A stretch of 64,000 bases of DNA from the NCBI RefSeq assembly GCF_001194135.2, contig NC_068989.1:3397890-3461889 (forward strand). The letters run 5' to 3'. The position numbers were made by a program, and so were the translations under genes. Shown here piece by piece: positions 25,341-39,267 of this stretch. How positions within the stretch are numbered: position 1 is the stretch's first letter; each line of letters starts with the position of its first letter. Source of the DNA: Octopus bimaculoides. Its lineage: Eukaryota. The notes beneath the pieces are model-generated. The model was not told the origin of the DNA and ran no database searches. It worked only from the letters and a program-made list of their open reading frames with translations.

Positions 25341-27328
25341 TCAAACAGGACATGATTCAACAATGTAACCCAGAAGCAAAACCTGTGCAAATGAGGAAAT
25401 TTAAGGTGGTTGATCTCCTTGCTAGAAATAGCAGCTAAGTCTTCCTTAAATTACATCTTTGAACAAGAAAGAATACACTGAATCTGAATTTTTTTCAAAC
25501 CCTTTTAATTCACACTGTGTTGCACATAAAATATTTTAAAGATAACATTTGTTCTGTATTTGAACTAAAAAAAATCTTTATTTGTTGCATGGATTCACAC
25601 AATACCACGCTTGACTAATTATGTGAAGCTGAGCCAGCAAGGGGAGAAACTACTTACAAAGTCATTCAACCTGCTAGAAACAGCAGTCAAATTTTCATCA
25701 AATCACATCCAACAATCTTAAGCGCGCCCTTGGATTCCCTGCACATAAGAAAAAGACGGGATAGTCATTGTTGGATTGTCTTTGATCATGGCTAAAACTG
25801 AGGCTAAATAATTACTTGAGAATTGAAACATGTCTTGTTAAAACTTATTCTCCTCTTGTTAGCTTTGAACAGCCTAAAAATAAAACAGACAAGAGAAGAA
25901 GAAAAAGAGCAAGAAGAAATAAATGTTGGTTATGGAACTGAAGTAAAATGACATTTGTGTCTTGAATGTTTCACACACCACCACACTTGGCTACTCAAGT
26001 GAAGAATATATTAAGAAGTCATATGAACATGTTGCTATTATTATTATTATTATTATTATTATTGTTGTTGTTGTTGTTGTTTTGGGGGAGCTGACTGAAT
26101 CATTAGCACATCAGAGAAAATGCTTAGTGGCATTTCTTCCTGCCAAGGTCAGGACCTCATGCCAAGGTCAACTTTGCCTTTCATCCTTTTGCAGTGTGTG
26201 TGTGTGTGTGNNNNNNNNNNNNNNNNNNNNNNNNNNNNNNNNNNNNNNNNNNNACCACCACCACCACCACCGCCACTGCCGCCAGCAACACCACCATCAT
26301 CATCATTATTATCATTATTGTGAAAATTATTAAGAGAACCCCATTAGCTCTTTTAGACTTTCGTTCTAATTGGAATTATTCTTCCATAAAAAAAATTTAC
26401 ATTTTTATTTTTCATTTTTATATATTTCTCACACCAAATTTATTATGAAAAGCCTCCTCTCTAACACATGGATGAATGTTTCTTGTTATGTTTTTCTTTT
26501 CTAACACTAAATACATTTCATATAGAATTATTTTGCTTCTCTTTCCATTAAGTACATGAGAATTTTAAAATATGTTTTTAGAATACGAAATACAAGATAG
26601 ATATGTTCCAACATTTTCCCAAAGACGTTAGCAATGGGAAATAAGTCAAACGGCATTAATTAACAGACAACTCAAAATTAGGGCCCAAGAATACACAAAA
26701 AAAATTACATTAAGTAGAATGGCAAAAAAAAAAACAGAAACATACTAAAAGTAAAACAAATAGCAAAAGTTAGAAGAGTTTCAAGAGTTCAAAGATGTTA
26801 TTGTTTATTTTTAGAATGACATTGTAGGAGAGGTGTGAGAGGCATGATCTGGTTGGTTTGAACACAAAACGGAGAATACTTGTGCTGAATATGGCTGGTT
26901 TAAGGGAAATGGCGTCTAGTCAATACTGTCATTCTAATATTTTATTTTATTGACCCCAAAATGACGAAAGGCAAAGCTGACCTCAGTGGGATTTGGACTC
27001 AGATTGTAAAGAACCAAAACAAATGCCACAAGCCATTTTGTCGGATGCTCTAATTATTCTGCCAATCTATCAGCACAACAATAAAGAATCTGGATGATGA
27101 TGAAGGCAAATTAAGATAGTGATTATAATGATGACAGCGATGACGGTTCAGTTTACACACACTCACACACCACACCATCACACACACACACTCGTCAATT
27201 ACCAAGGCAACTGACATTTTGATGGCTGCTAAGAATAATCTCATTAAGAACTATCTGTGCTTCTGAAGACAAGATAAAGACATCGACTGTAACAACAGGA
27301 ACAATTACAATACCAGCAACTGCAATGA

Positions 27329-27368
<40 letters not shown>

Positions 27369-27449
27369 TAAATAATTGAGAATGAATAACCACTGCAGTT
27401 GATAAACACTATCCTGCAATATCCTAATATTCTAAAATTAAATGTGTAT

Positions 27450-27490
<41 letters not shown>

Positions 27491-28012
27491 TGAGTGAATG
27501 TGTGTGTCACCTACATGTGTTAGTGTGTATGTGTGCTTCTGTGTATTTACAAGGGAATGTGTGTGCAAGCTACACATGTTCCTTTGTGCGTGTGTGTTTC
27601 CATGTAAGTATATAAGTGATGGGGATTTTCTGTGTATACACAAGTACCTGTGTGTATTGTAAATGTGTTAGAGTGTATGACTTTCAGTGTGTGTGTGTGT
27701 TTGCTTGTGTTTCTGTGTGTATGTTTTGTGAATATGTGTGTGACATGCTTTTGTGAATGCGTATGTGTTTGTATGTGCCCATACCTGCAATACATTTGGG
27801 GACAGACAGGAAAAGAGAAGGAAAGAGACAAGTTATGAGAGAGGGAGAGAGAGAGAGATGGGGGAAGCAACTGGAAGCCCTACTCCCAACACTGTAAAAC
27901 TTAGCAACTTTTAGACTTTATCAATAAATATAAATTTTGCTGATGCAGAACACCACAAACCTTTCCACACACACACACACACATAACATTTCCTACAATG
28001 ATTATTTAATCA

Positions 28013-28030
28013 TCAGCTCCGGTCTAAACG

Positions 28031-28117
<87 letters not shown>

Positions 28118-28142
28118 ATGTGTGTGTGTGTGTGTGTGTGTG
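28013..28142. repeat. Long (GT)n microsatellite
   Basis: Direct reading; the (GT)n run starts near 28033. Confidence 0.95.
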
Positions 28143-28479
28143 TGACTTTTCTGAAAGGGACAGGAAGTTTGTATTCTCTGTTGTATCGCTTTCACTTAGT
28201 CACCACCTTCTGCCCTCACCCCAATAAAAAAATAACAACTTTTGGATTTGGTTCAATAACATGATGTAAAAAGATATGTTTCCAACCCCTTTCTCCCTCC
28301 GCCTTTTCCTTTCCCTTCCCCCCCCACTTCAGTTCACAAGGTATTTCTCCTTTATTCCTTTCCAACTCTCACTCACTTTCTCTCTCTCTCTCTCTCTCTC
28401 TCTCACATCCACACAAAATACTGCTTTTCATTATACGTACATAAGCATAAAACTAAAGATCACACACACACAGAGACTA

Positions 28480-29075
28480 ATAACTGCGGGGTAAAAAGTT
28501 TGCTTCCCAACCACATGGTTCTGGGTTCAGTTCCACTGTGAGGCACCTTGGGCAAGTGTCTTCTATTGTAACGTTGGACCAACCAAAGCCTTTTAAGTGG
28601 ATTTGGTAGATGGAAAACAAAAAAAGCCCTTTGTACACACACACACACACCCAAAGGGGTGTTGAAAAGTTCTTGGCTTAGGGTAAAAGAAAATACAGGA
28701 GGATCAGTTAATTATGATTTTATTTAAGATATTCCCCTCTCAGATTCACACACTTGTTGCAGCAGTCTTTCAGTTTTTCTAAGCCCTGTAAGAGAATTCA
28801 GAAAGTTGGGCTTCCATCCAGTTCTTTCGTGATACCCTTAAAGCCAGGAACTTTTCAGCTTGCCCTCGTTTATGTGTGTGCGTGTCTACTTGTCCCCCAC
28901 CACCATTTGACAGCCAAGATCTAGCAGCTTGGTAAAAAGTGACTGATTGAATAATTACCAGGCTTCAAAAGAATTTAATTAATGGCATCAATTCATTTGA
29001 CTAAGAAATTCCTCAAGACGGTACCCCAGCATGGCCAAAGTCTAATGACTGAAACAAGTAAAAGAATAAAAGAAT
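28480..29075 (+). mobile_element. Family B SINE containing a nested MITE
   Basis: Head 28480-28635, tail about 28880-29075. Confidence 0.75.
28653..28869. mobile_element. Tc1/mariner-like MITE
   Basis: TIRs ggggtgttgaaaagttcttggctt / aagccaggaacttttcagcttgccctcg; a second copy in the opposite orientation lies at 62306-62514. Confidence 0.8.
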
Positions 29076-29371
29076 ATAACGTTGGCCTAACATTTCAACC
29101 CCAACCCCAACCCCATCCCACCCCTTTTAGTGATAATAATATCTAAAACGGGTACAAGGATGCATGTTTGGGAGAGGAGAGCAGTATATGACTGATTATA
29201 TTAATCCAGTGTATGAATGGTACCTTATCACAGTAATTGCCAGGGGTCTTATTTTATCAGTCCAAGAACTGTGACATCAAACTCAAGCTAGAAGAGAAAC
29301 TGAACTTAGAAAGTAAAGGGACATAACTATTGACAAGTATTTTTGCCAGTCATTCTATTCGTTCTACTGCT

Positions 29372-29985
29372 AATAACAATAACAATAATAATTAATTATT
29401 TTATTGGCCACAAGGGCTCACAGACAAAACATCAAAAGACATGCAACAACATAAAAGACAAAAACAGGATGATACAATGGGTTTTTAGCGCATATACAAT
29501 GTACTAACAGAAAAGAGGAACAAATTAAACTCTCAATAGGGGAGGTGCTTTAAGGCCCTCATGGAAAACCCCACAAAAGCCACGGTTGCCTGAACAACAG
29601 GGCAAGAGCCCTTCTGCTTTTTTTCACAGGTGTATGCTGAGAATTGGTCCTTTCACACTGGCCATTCTTCCACCATTCACCCACCTTTCAACAAACTTAC
29701 TACAAGGCAACACTTCTTTCTCTATCCTCAACTTCCTTTTCAGGTGAAGCTTGAAGTTGATGAGGGCTTGTTCAAAGAGGAAAATGTCTGTCTTTAGCCC
29801 TTTCAGACAGGTCCACCATACTACCTCTTTCGCTACAGCTACTAGACAAATAAAAATTGCCTGCCCCTCCCGACCCAATGAGGGTGGTGGGGCAATCTTC
29901 ACAATGGATTTAGCTGATAGCTGGATCCGTCCCACACGTGACAGCAGGTGTTCAATAATAAGGATTTCAAAATCGGGCTGAGTCA
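29372..29985 (-). mobile_element. 5'-truncated Tx1/L1-type LINE (ORF2 C-terminus and 3' UTR)
   Basis: ORF 29624-29986 with AKEVVWWTCLK (K..IW..R-like terminal motif) and no internal stop; AATAAA at 29400-29405 (-) followed by an AT-rich tail. Confidence 0.65.
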
Positions 29986-30367
29986 TTTACATCGACCCCA
30001 GTGCTGATCTGATACTTGTTTTATTGGCCCCTAAACGATAAAAGGCAAAGTCGACCACAGCAGAATTTGAACTCAGAACATAAAGATGGGTTCAATGCCA
30101 ATACGCATTTCATCCAGCATGCTACCATAATAATAATAATAATAATAATAATAATTCTTTTTACTGTAGGCAAAATGCCTGAAAATATGGGGGAGAGGAT
30201 AGTCGACTATGTTGACCCTCATTGCATAACTGGTACTTATTGCATTGACCCTGAAAGGATGAAAAGCAGAGTTGACCTTGGCGGAATTTGAACTCAGAAC
30301 GAAGTGATGGGTAAAATACTGCTAAGCAATTTGTCTAGTGTGCTAACAATTCTGCCAGTTTGCCACC

Positions 30368-30409
<42 letters not shown>

Positions 30410-30565
30410 TTTTCAAATTTTGGTACAATACCAGTAATTTTGGGGTTGAATGGGTTAGTTGACTACACTGAACCCAGTACTTGACTGGTACTCAGTTTTA
30501 TTGACCCAGAAAAGATAAAAGGAGAAAATGATTTTAGCAGGATTTGAACTCAGAATGTGTATAGT
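29985..30565 (-). mobile_element. Array of three family C SINEs separated by (TAA)n
   Basis: Three repeats of gaatttgaactcagaa with (taa)n spacers. Confidence 0.8.
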
Positions 30566-31541
30566 CAAAAATAGTGAGGGGTTTTGTGGGTATCAAAAAA
30601 AATCAAAAAACAAAATTATATGAAATATAAAAAACATAATAGTATTTTCTTATAATAACAATACTAATAAATAATAATTATAACAATAATAATGACGATG
30701 ATGATGATGATGATAATAATAATGATCACAACCGTGATAATGAAGTACATTTTCAATTTTCAGCCATTAGTTAGAATTATCTTTTCACTGTGTCCCCAGA
30801 AGAGACCATCCAGTTACCAGAGGCAATAATTCTTAGCAATCATGTTGGAAGATAGAATTACAGGGGAGATAACCTATTGACATATATAATTAACACATCC
30901 AGTAAGCATAGAATTCAGTCACACAAGTTCACAGACATCTAAACACACACACACACACACACGTGTACAACCGATTGTGATGGTGAATAAATATTTGTAT
31001 TAACCATTTGAGTCGAAGCTAAATAACCCAATCATCTCTATCCAAGGTGATGTAACACAGATTCATCACCCTAGAGGTGTGAACATTGAATTCATCCGTA
31101 TCCATCCCTACACAAGTTGCTTTAGTGGTTGGCTGGTTGGTTGGGGTTGTGGGCCATAGGACAGAGGTCACAACATGTTGCTTCTCCCCTGGCATTGCCT
31201 GGACCACACAAATTGGACTTGAACTAAAATAATCTTAAAACTTAATATTCACTCTTTCACTGTTTTATTTATTTCAGTCATTTGACTGCGGCCATGCTGG
31301 AGCACCGCCTTTTAGTCGAACAAATCGACCCCAGGGATAATTCTTTGTAAGCCTAGTACTTGTTCTATCGATCTTTTTTGCCATACCGCTAAGTTATGGG
31401 AATATAAACACGCCAGCATCAGTTGTCAAGNNNNNNNNNNNNNNNNNNNNNNNNNNNNNNNNNNNNNNNNNNNNNNNNNNNNNNNNNNNNNNNNNNNNNN
31501 NNNNNNNNNNNNNNNNNNNNNNNNNNNNNNNNNNNNNNNNN

Positions 31542-31593
<52 letters not shown>

Positions 31594-31595
31594 AA

Positions 31596-32020
31596 TATGA
31601 AGTAACAGAGAACTGGTATGAACATGTACCAAGTAAAGTTATGCAGGAAGATGGAAAAGTAATGATACTTTGGGACAATGATTTTCAGACAGATCATGAG
31701 ATCATGTAATCGAACACTGTTGACAGGATGTTGTCATATTGAATGAGAGAGAGAAATACTGTCAGATCATTGATGCAGCCATACCAAATGACATGAATGT
31801 TGTGATTAAAGAGGTTGAAAAACAAAATCACCAAGTACTCCAAATTGAAAGTGGAAACGGCAAGATTGTATGGAATGCGAGAGGACAATGTAAAAGTGAT
31901 ACCAGTGGTAATCGGAGCGTTGGGCTCAATCCCAATGAAACTTCAAGACTTGTGAAATCAAAAATCAAATCAAAGTAAAAGCTAGTACATAGCTGGACTG
32001 GAACAGCAAGAATGAAGAAA
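31596..32020 (+). pseudogene. R4/Dong-type non-LTR retrotransposon restriction-like endonuclease fragment
   Basis: WYEHVPSKV..ILWDNDFQTDH...CQIIDAAIPND...KEVEK..KYSKL...VIPVVIGALG...GTAR, with frameshifts; begins directly after (TAA)n. Confidence 0.8.
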
Positions 32021-32404
32021 GAGGAGAGGATTTATACCATGTGAAATATTTTACTGAAAGACTGAGCTACAAATTGATGTAAAAAAACAGATCACTGTCC
32101 TCAGAAACATTCTTTATAATCAGACATTCTGTTGGACGATGACGTCTAAGCAAATCCACCAAATATCGTCAAGCTTTTGGTGTAAGATTAGATTTATAGC
32201 AATAGAACTTGTTGACTAAATATTATCTGGCCACACCTTGCTCTGTTATTGAGCCATTTTATATGTGTATATGTGTGTGTGTATGCATGCACAGAAACAC
32301 AAACACCCATACACCAAGGCTTTCTTTTTTTTGTTAGAAAAAATGCTGTATCAAGTTTGTTTTTCTTGTGATAGAAAAAGAGTTTGATGAATGTGCAAAT
32401 TTTC

Positions 32405-32778
32405 AGTGATTGTGCAGTAAAGAAGTTTGCGCCCAAACCACATGGTCCTGCATTCAGTCCCACTACCAGGCACCTTGGGCAAGTGTCTTCTATTGTAGCC
32501 TCGGGCCAACCAAAGACTTGTGCGAGGATTTGGTAGACGGAAACTGAAAGAAGACCATTGTAGATGTGTCTTTGTTTGTTCCCCCCACCATTGCTTAACA
32601 ACTGATGTTGGTGTGTTTATGTCCCCATAACTTAACGGTTCAGCAAAATAGACCGATAGAATAAGTACTAGACTTACAAAGAATAAGTCCTGGGGTCACT
32701 TTCTTCAACTAAAAGAAAACCTTAAAGGTGGTGCTCCAGCATGACCATATTCAAATGATTGAAGCAAGTAAAAGAATA
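32405..32778 (+). mobile_element. Family B SINE
   Basis: Full body present. Confidence 0.8.
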
Positions 32779-32789
32779 CCTTTTACACT

Positions 32790-33058
32790 TTTACCCTGAG
32801 CATGTAAGCAAAAGCACGGTATTGTAGTCACTTGTCTTTGTCTGTCTGTGTGTTTGCAAAATTACTGGAAAACAGCTGAAAGGATTTTCACCAAATTTGG
32901 CAGAAATACTCATTGGGTAAGTGGCTCGAAATGATGAACATTTGGTTTGATTATCTTCAAAACTGGGGGATGGGTGAATCAAAATGTTTTGACTGCAGAT
33001 TTTTTTGCGAAAGAATTTATGCGCATGCAGGATATGCATCGTTTTGGCATGTTCTTAG
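32790..33058. mobile_element. Helentron-associated (HINE/DINE-1-like) non-autonomous element
   Basis: T-rich junction, (tgtc)n microsatellite near the 5' end, ggattttcaccaaatttggca core and a short 3' hairpin. Confidence 0.5.
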
Positions 33059-33436
33059 CACAAGAATCTATTACTAACACATAAAAACATGTATTATGTT
33101 TATTAAATATTACTTATCTCTCACCGGATGGAGTACTTTTTTGTTGATCTTAATATCACGGAACAGCACAGACATACATATATCATTTGAACTGACCCTC
33201 GTCTACGTGTGTATAGATCATGGTGTACCTAAGCACATAGACATGTGTGGGTACATACATACATACATACATACATAAATATATAGATATGAGACTGTGT
33301 GTGTGCGTGTGTGTAGTGATAGATTCATAGGTTTCGTTCATTTATGAGTTGATTTTTTAAATTCCACCAGGGTATGAAGAATCAATGAGGATAAGTCAGC
33401 ACAAAGAGCCAGTGAGTTCAAGAGAGTATGAGCTAA

Positions 33437-33822
33437 TAGGTGCAGGTGTGATTGTGTGGTAAGAAGCTTGCTTTCTAACCACATGGTTCTGGGTTCAGTC
33501 CCACTGCATGGCACCTTGGGAAAATGTTTTCTACTGCAGCTGAGGGTTGACAAAAGCCTTGTGAGTGGATTTGGTAGATGAAAATTGTAAAAAGCCACTT
33601 GTGTGTGTGTATGTCTGCTCCCCACTACTGCTTGACAATTGGTGTTGGTGTGTTTAGATCCCCTGTAACTTAGTGGTTCAGCAAAAGAGACCAAGAGAAT
33701 AACTACCAGGTTTAAAAAAGAAAGAAAAAATACTGGAGTCAATTCATTTGACTAAAAAGTCTTCAAAGCAGTGTTCCAGCATGGCCACAGCAAAATGACT
33801 AAAACAAGTAAAGGATAAGAGA
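33437..33822 (+). mobile_element. Family B SINE
   Basis: Full body present. Confidence 0.8.
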
Positions 33823-34663
33823 TAATGTGTTTTACTCTGAGCTAATTTAGCTGATCGATAAGGCCAATAGTGTGTTGCACTGTATTACATGCAACGCTGA
33901 GCTACAAATATAATGAAATGGATTGGAAAACAAAGCTACAATAGTTGATAGTTAAATCTCCAGGAAAAAGAGCCATGGTGTTATTTAATTGACTTGGAAT
34001 TGAAAAATGCTAAAATACTTGGTAATTTTCTCAAAAGCAATGCTTAATAGGAAGAATGTGAAATAACCAACGAACCAACGCCCATTGAATGCTTTTTTTT
34101 TTGTATTTTTAAACTGTAGTTTTGGGTGGAATAAAGGAAAACAATTGCATAATTATTTCTAGTGAGAGACAGCCAATAGAATAGGTTCTAATTTTAGAAG
34201 ACATTGTTGTACTCTTTTCAGTGGACATGAGAGAAGAAAATGGAGAAAAATGAATGATGTTCTGATGTAAATGCTATAAATATGGTCAAGAATTTCAGAG
34301 TGTATATCTTAGACTGATACAGAACTTTCCTGACTAACAGGAGTCAGTGTTGACGATGTTATGAATGGTGGGGATGCTAATTGTCTTGATGTGGGNNNNN
34401 NNNNNNNNNNNNNNNNNNNNNNNNNNNNNNNNNNNNNNNNNNNNNNNNNNNNNNNNNNNNNNNNNNNNNNNNNNNNNNNNNNNNNNNNNNNNNNNNNNNN
34501 NNNNNNNNNNNNNNNNNNNNNNNNNNNNNNNNNNNNNNNNNNNNNNNNNNNNNNNNNNNNNNNNNNNNNNNNNNNNNNNNNNNNNNNNNNNNNNNNNNNN
34601 NNNNNNNNNNNNNNNNNNNNNNNNNNNNNNNNNNNNNNNNNNNNNNNNNNNNNNNNNNNNNNN

Positions 34664-34790
34664 AGAAGAAGAAGAAAAAGAAGAAGAAGAAAAAGAAGAA
34701 GAAGAAGAAAAAGAAGAAGAAGAAGAAGAAGAAGAAGAAGAAGAAGAAGAAGAAGAAGAAGAAGAAGAAGAAGAAGAAAGGATGAGGAAA
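34664..34790. repeat. (GAA)n microsatellite next to a gap
   Basis: Source of the poly-E/R/L/S/F ORFs. Confidence 0.95.
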
Positions 34791-35215
34791 GGAAAGGAAG
34801 GTGACAAAGGATATTTTGACAAAAAGATGGTAAAAGAAGGAAGGGAAGAAGATGAAAGAAAACAAAACCAGGAAAAGATGGAATGAATGAAGAATGAAGA
34901 CAGGAAATGGCAAAAAAGGGCAGAATGAGGACAACAGTTGCAAATCGTGAACAAGTCTTCTCTCTTTCTCCAATCGACTGCAACCAGAAATTACAGGAAC
35001 CAGGAGCAAGTGAACTGAAATGGTTTCAATGGGTATTGAACTCCTGTTAGAGTCTCAGGTTTTTGACACCACCACCGTCATCACTCTTCCAATTTTTGGT
35101 GCTTGTACACACCAAACATCATCATTTTATTAGTTTTATATTTTTTACAGCAAAACCCTTTCTTAGAAAATTACTATTTTTAAATCTCACAACATGAGAT
35201 ATCCAGCAACAGTAC

Positions 35216-35579
35216 TTTGTAGTAAAGATCGTTTGCCAACATAAATAACATGGCAATCCTGGTTTAGGACGAATGTTACTGTAATTTAGCCCCAAGAGAC
35301 ATCGTCTCTAGCTAGCTATACAACACGATCTGTGTCCTTATATTTTCGAACAAGTCAATCTAGCACCCCCACTCAGCTCTAAACAATATCCAGAAATCAC
35401 GATACACAGATATTGTTTTGAGCTGAGTGGGGGTGCTACATTCCCTTGTTTGAAAATATAAGGACACAGATCGTGTCGTATAGCCAACTGGAGATGATGT
35501 CTCCTGGGGTTAAATTACAGTAACATTCATCCTAAACCAGGATTGCCATGTTATGTTGGCAAACAATCTTTACTACAAA
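35216..35579. mobile_element. Fold-back (palindromic) MITE
   Basis: Arms 35216-35390 and 35409-35579 are reverse complements with scattered mismatches around an 18-nt spacer; a diverged single-arm relative lies at about 35830-35930. Confidence 0.85.
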
Positions 35580-35983
35580 ATCCTTTTTGTTACAAACACC
35601 CAGATCAGGTCCCTGGTCTGAAGATATGCATATAAATGGGTACATCCTCCCTTCTCTCCCCTTCTTTCTCTGACCGAAGCAAGGGAAATTAAAGCATATT
35701 ATACTTGATTCCAAAGTAAATACACCCACAGCCTCTCCCCTCCCAGCAAAGACAATGCTAAATCACTATTGACTGACTTCTTTCTCCTGGGAACAATGAT
35801 TTCTCTTTGCATATACTGACAGGGTACAGACAGTGTGTCATTAGCCAGATGGAGGAGATGTCTTCCTGGGGCTATAAACTATAGTAGCATCGTCCCATAT
35901 GGGTCAGCCATGTTTAGGTGGCAAATATACTTCATGATGTCATGCTGCTACTGTTTATATCTCACTCAGAGATTTATTATTGC

Positions 35984-36025
<42 letters not shown>

Positions 36026-36515
36026 CTCCTGGAATTTCTAATTTAGTATTATACTTAGAAGAAGGATAGTTACATTAGTAAGGTGNNNNNNNNNNGAATT
36101 TCTAATTTAGTATTATACTTAGAAGAAGGATAGTTACATTAGTAAGGTGCTAGGCAGCCAGCATAAAAAAAAAAAAGAGAAAGGTTAGCAGTTTGCATGT
36201 CATTCCTCCTAACTAGTTGTAATAAAAGCTAAAGTACTTAACAATGAACAGACTACCACAGGGTAATATTACTGCTTACTACTGCAAACAGTGGCAGCTT
36301 TGAAAAACTGATAAATGACTTGTTGGGTTTTTTTAATGTTGAATTCAATTTCAAGAGAAGCTTAATTCACATCTGCTTTGAAATATGTCCACACCATCAC
36401 ACTCAACTCTATGTATACGATTCATTACTGCTTGTCTGAGTGTGTAGCACTGCCCCCAGTTCGTACTGAAATGCTAAGTTACGAGGCCATAAAGAAACCA
36501 ACACCAATTGTCAAG

Positions 36516-36558
<43 letters not shown>

Positions 36559-36839
36559 TGGGATTCCACAGTTTCCATCTAACTCACAAACTTTAGTTGG
36601 GCTAGGGCTATAGTAGAAGATACTTGCCCAAGGTGCAGTTCAGTGGGACTGAACCCGAGACCAGGTGGTTGCAAAGTGAGCTTCTTAACAACATAGCCAT
36701 GCCTGCACTTTTTTTAGGTAAGCATGGGAAATAACTCTGGATCTGTTTAGTTATATTCTGACCTCATTAGCAAAACATAGCTTATCAGCTCTACTTGCCT
36801 AAGTAGTAATGAAAGAATTACAAAGTAGATGTAGCACCT

Positions 36840-37175
36840 GTGCCTAGTGTCGCCTTCATGGCACTTGTGCCAGTGGCATGTGAAAAGACATTCGAGTGAG
36901 ATCATTGCCAGTGCCGCTGGATTGGCTCCTGTGCAGGTGGCACGTAAAATACACCATTTTGCGCGTGGCTGTTGCCAGTACTGCCTGACTGGCCTTCGTG
37001 CCGGTGGCATGTAAAAGCACCCACTACACTCTCGGAGTGGTTGGCGTTAGGAAGAGCATCCAGCTGTAGAAACTCTGCCAAATCAGATTGGAGCCTGGTG
37101 TAGCCATCTGGTTTCACCAGTCAAATCGTCCAACCCATGCTAGCATGGAAAGCGGATGTTAAACGATGATGATGA
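36840..37175 (+). mobile_element. Family A element with about 3 diverged internal units
   Basis: Tandem gccagt..actggc / gtgccggtggcac units followed by body and (GAT)n tail. Confidence 0.85.
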
Positions 37176-39236
37176 TGTACAAGATTGAACACTGGTTGGC
37201 ATAGAAAAGCAGAAATGTTTAAAGAATGAACAATTTAGAAATGCCGTCTTCATGAAAAACAATTAAGGTTGTGCTAAACATATTTATTGCATTACAATGC
37301 AACTTTAGTGCAATGACTTCTTGGAAAAGTCATATAATTTTTTTTCTCGTCTTTGTTATTATCATTATTATTATCAATTATTATTTTTTTTCAATTTCTG
37401 TTGTTGCTTCTTCCAAACTGACACAACAACAACAAAACAAGATTGTTACTACAATAGTTATTACTACATCTTTATTGCTCAGATCAACTTTACCATTAAT
37501 TGTTCTGAGATCAATAAAATAAAGTATCAGTCAGTCGATTAAATTGACTTACCTCCAGCGAGGAGAAAAGCTACAATTAACTTCAGCTGGGTTTGAACTC
37601 AAACTGAAGATGGACAGAGCTATATCGCGAAAGACATTTAGTTTAACTCTCAACAAGTTACAATATCCAACGGCCTTATTAAAAAATCGTTTATTTAATA
37701 CATCTGATTTCAGTGTGTAGGTGGTTTGGTTAAAATGTAATATAATACAAGAACGACCTCAAAGGCCGACTTCTTGAAGAATGTTCACAGAAAATGAAAT
37801 AGAATACTTCCATTTATCATATAATCAACTTTTAGACACATACAACTGAACATGACTAAATCCATGTAAAATAAAGTTGTTAAAAAGTTTATCTAAGGAT
37901 TCCTTACATATGCTCCACATAAAGTTTGTATTTTAAAACTAAATAAAATAATTTACTACGGAATCTATCTAATGATTATTTACATTTAAACACAAGCTCT
38001 TACATTTCAACTGCTAACCTCCAAACAAATGAGGGCGATACTATGCAGCTGGTTGATCTTCTAGAAATAGCAGTTAAGTAATTCACTATCAGATCATATC
38101 CTGTCATTTTCAAAAAAGCAGGACACATTGGGTAATATAGTTTCCTGACAAATATTTAGGACGGTCAGGGTAGCAATTCTATTGATCATAGGTTTGCACA
38201 GCCAGGACTGACCGCAAGCCTTTTGCTTTCGTAGCAGTATTTAATACACTGATATTATTCATAATAAAAAGTCTATAAAATAAATTATGACAAAGACATT
38301 ATCACCACTATCATCATCGTTTACCGTCCATGTTTCATGCTGGTATCGGTTGGCTGGTTTCAGGATCCAATGGGATCCTGAAACTGCATTGTCATCTTCT
38401 GTCTGTTTGGCATGGTTTTTATGACTGGATGTCTTCCATAACGCCAACTACTTTGCAGTGTGTACTGGGTGTTTCTTTTCATGCCACCAGCATCGGTGTA
38501 GTTGCCATGCAACTGGAAAGATGATACACTCTGAGTGAGGAGTGAGAACTTAAAGCTCAGAAAATAAGGAGTGAGTGGAAAGTATGAGAGAAAAGGGCCA
38601 GAGCAGAACAGGTTTTTGGCCAGAGAGGAGTAGCATCACTAGAGTCTATCGAACAATTTCTTACAGAAGCCTAAATCTCCAGATATAAATATTTCGCATT
38701 CATAAGTCTTACCTTATCAAAGTTTTCATATTTTAAAGCTATTTTGTTAAAGAATTTATCAATTAATCTCTTAGATATGCACAAGACTTCAGATTTAAAT
38801 GCATAGATACTTTCACACCTAAAAACTAAACGAGTAAAAGTTCATTGGATAATATAGTCCTAGGTAATCTTGCTTGTCCAACCAAATGGATGCTGATCAT
38901 GGATTCACTTATGAAGGGGTCTCAGAAGGGAAGACAAGTTTACTTTTTGTCAATTCCTTACGGCTTTGGAATTGTTGTCTGATTGAGTCTCTTAAAAGTT
39001 TACAGTACAGGCCCTCAAATTTCCAAGAAGGTGGGTGTATATTAGTCAATTAATTAAATGTTAATCTAGAGGTTACTTTGTTGATACCGAGACAGATGGA
39101 AATTAAAATTAAACTCCAGTAAGACCTTAAAATACAGCTGGAGGTAGAATCTAAATAGTGTCAAGAATTTAGTTTGGCACTCAATCAATTACTGTCTTTC
39201 CACCACCAGCAGCACCACCATGATGATGCTGATGCT

Positions 39237-39267
<31 letters not shown>

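Noticed and set aside
34309-35009. Long ORFs (up to 224 aa) with poly-L/S/F/E/R
   Set aside because: Read-through of (GAA)n and an N-gap; no codon-level complexity.
36032-36149. 54-bp direct duplication
   Set aside because: Exact copies on either side of a 10-N gap indicate an unmerged contig overlap.
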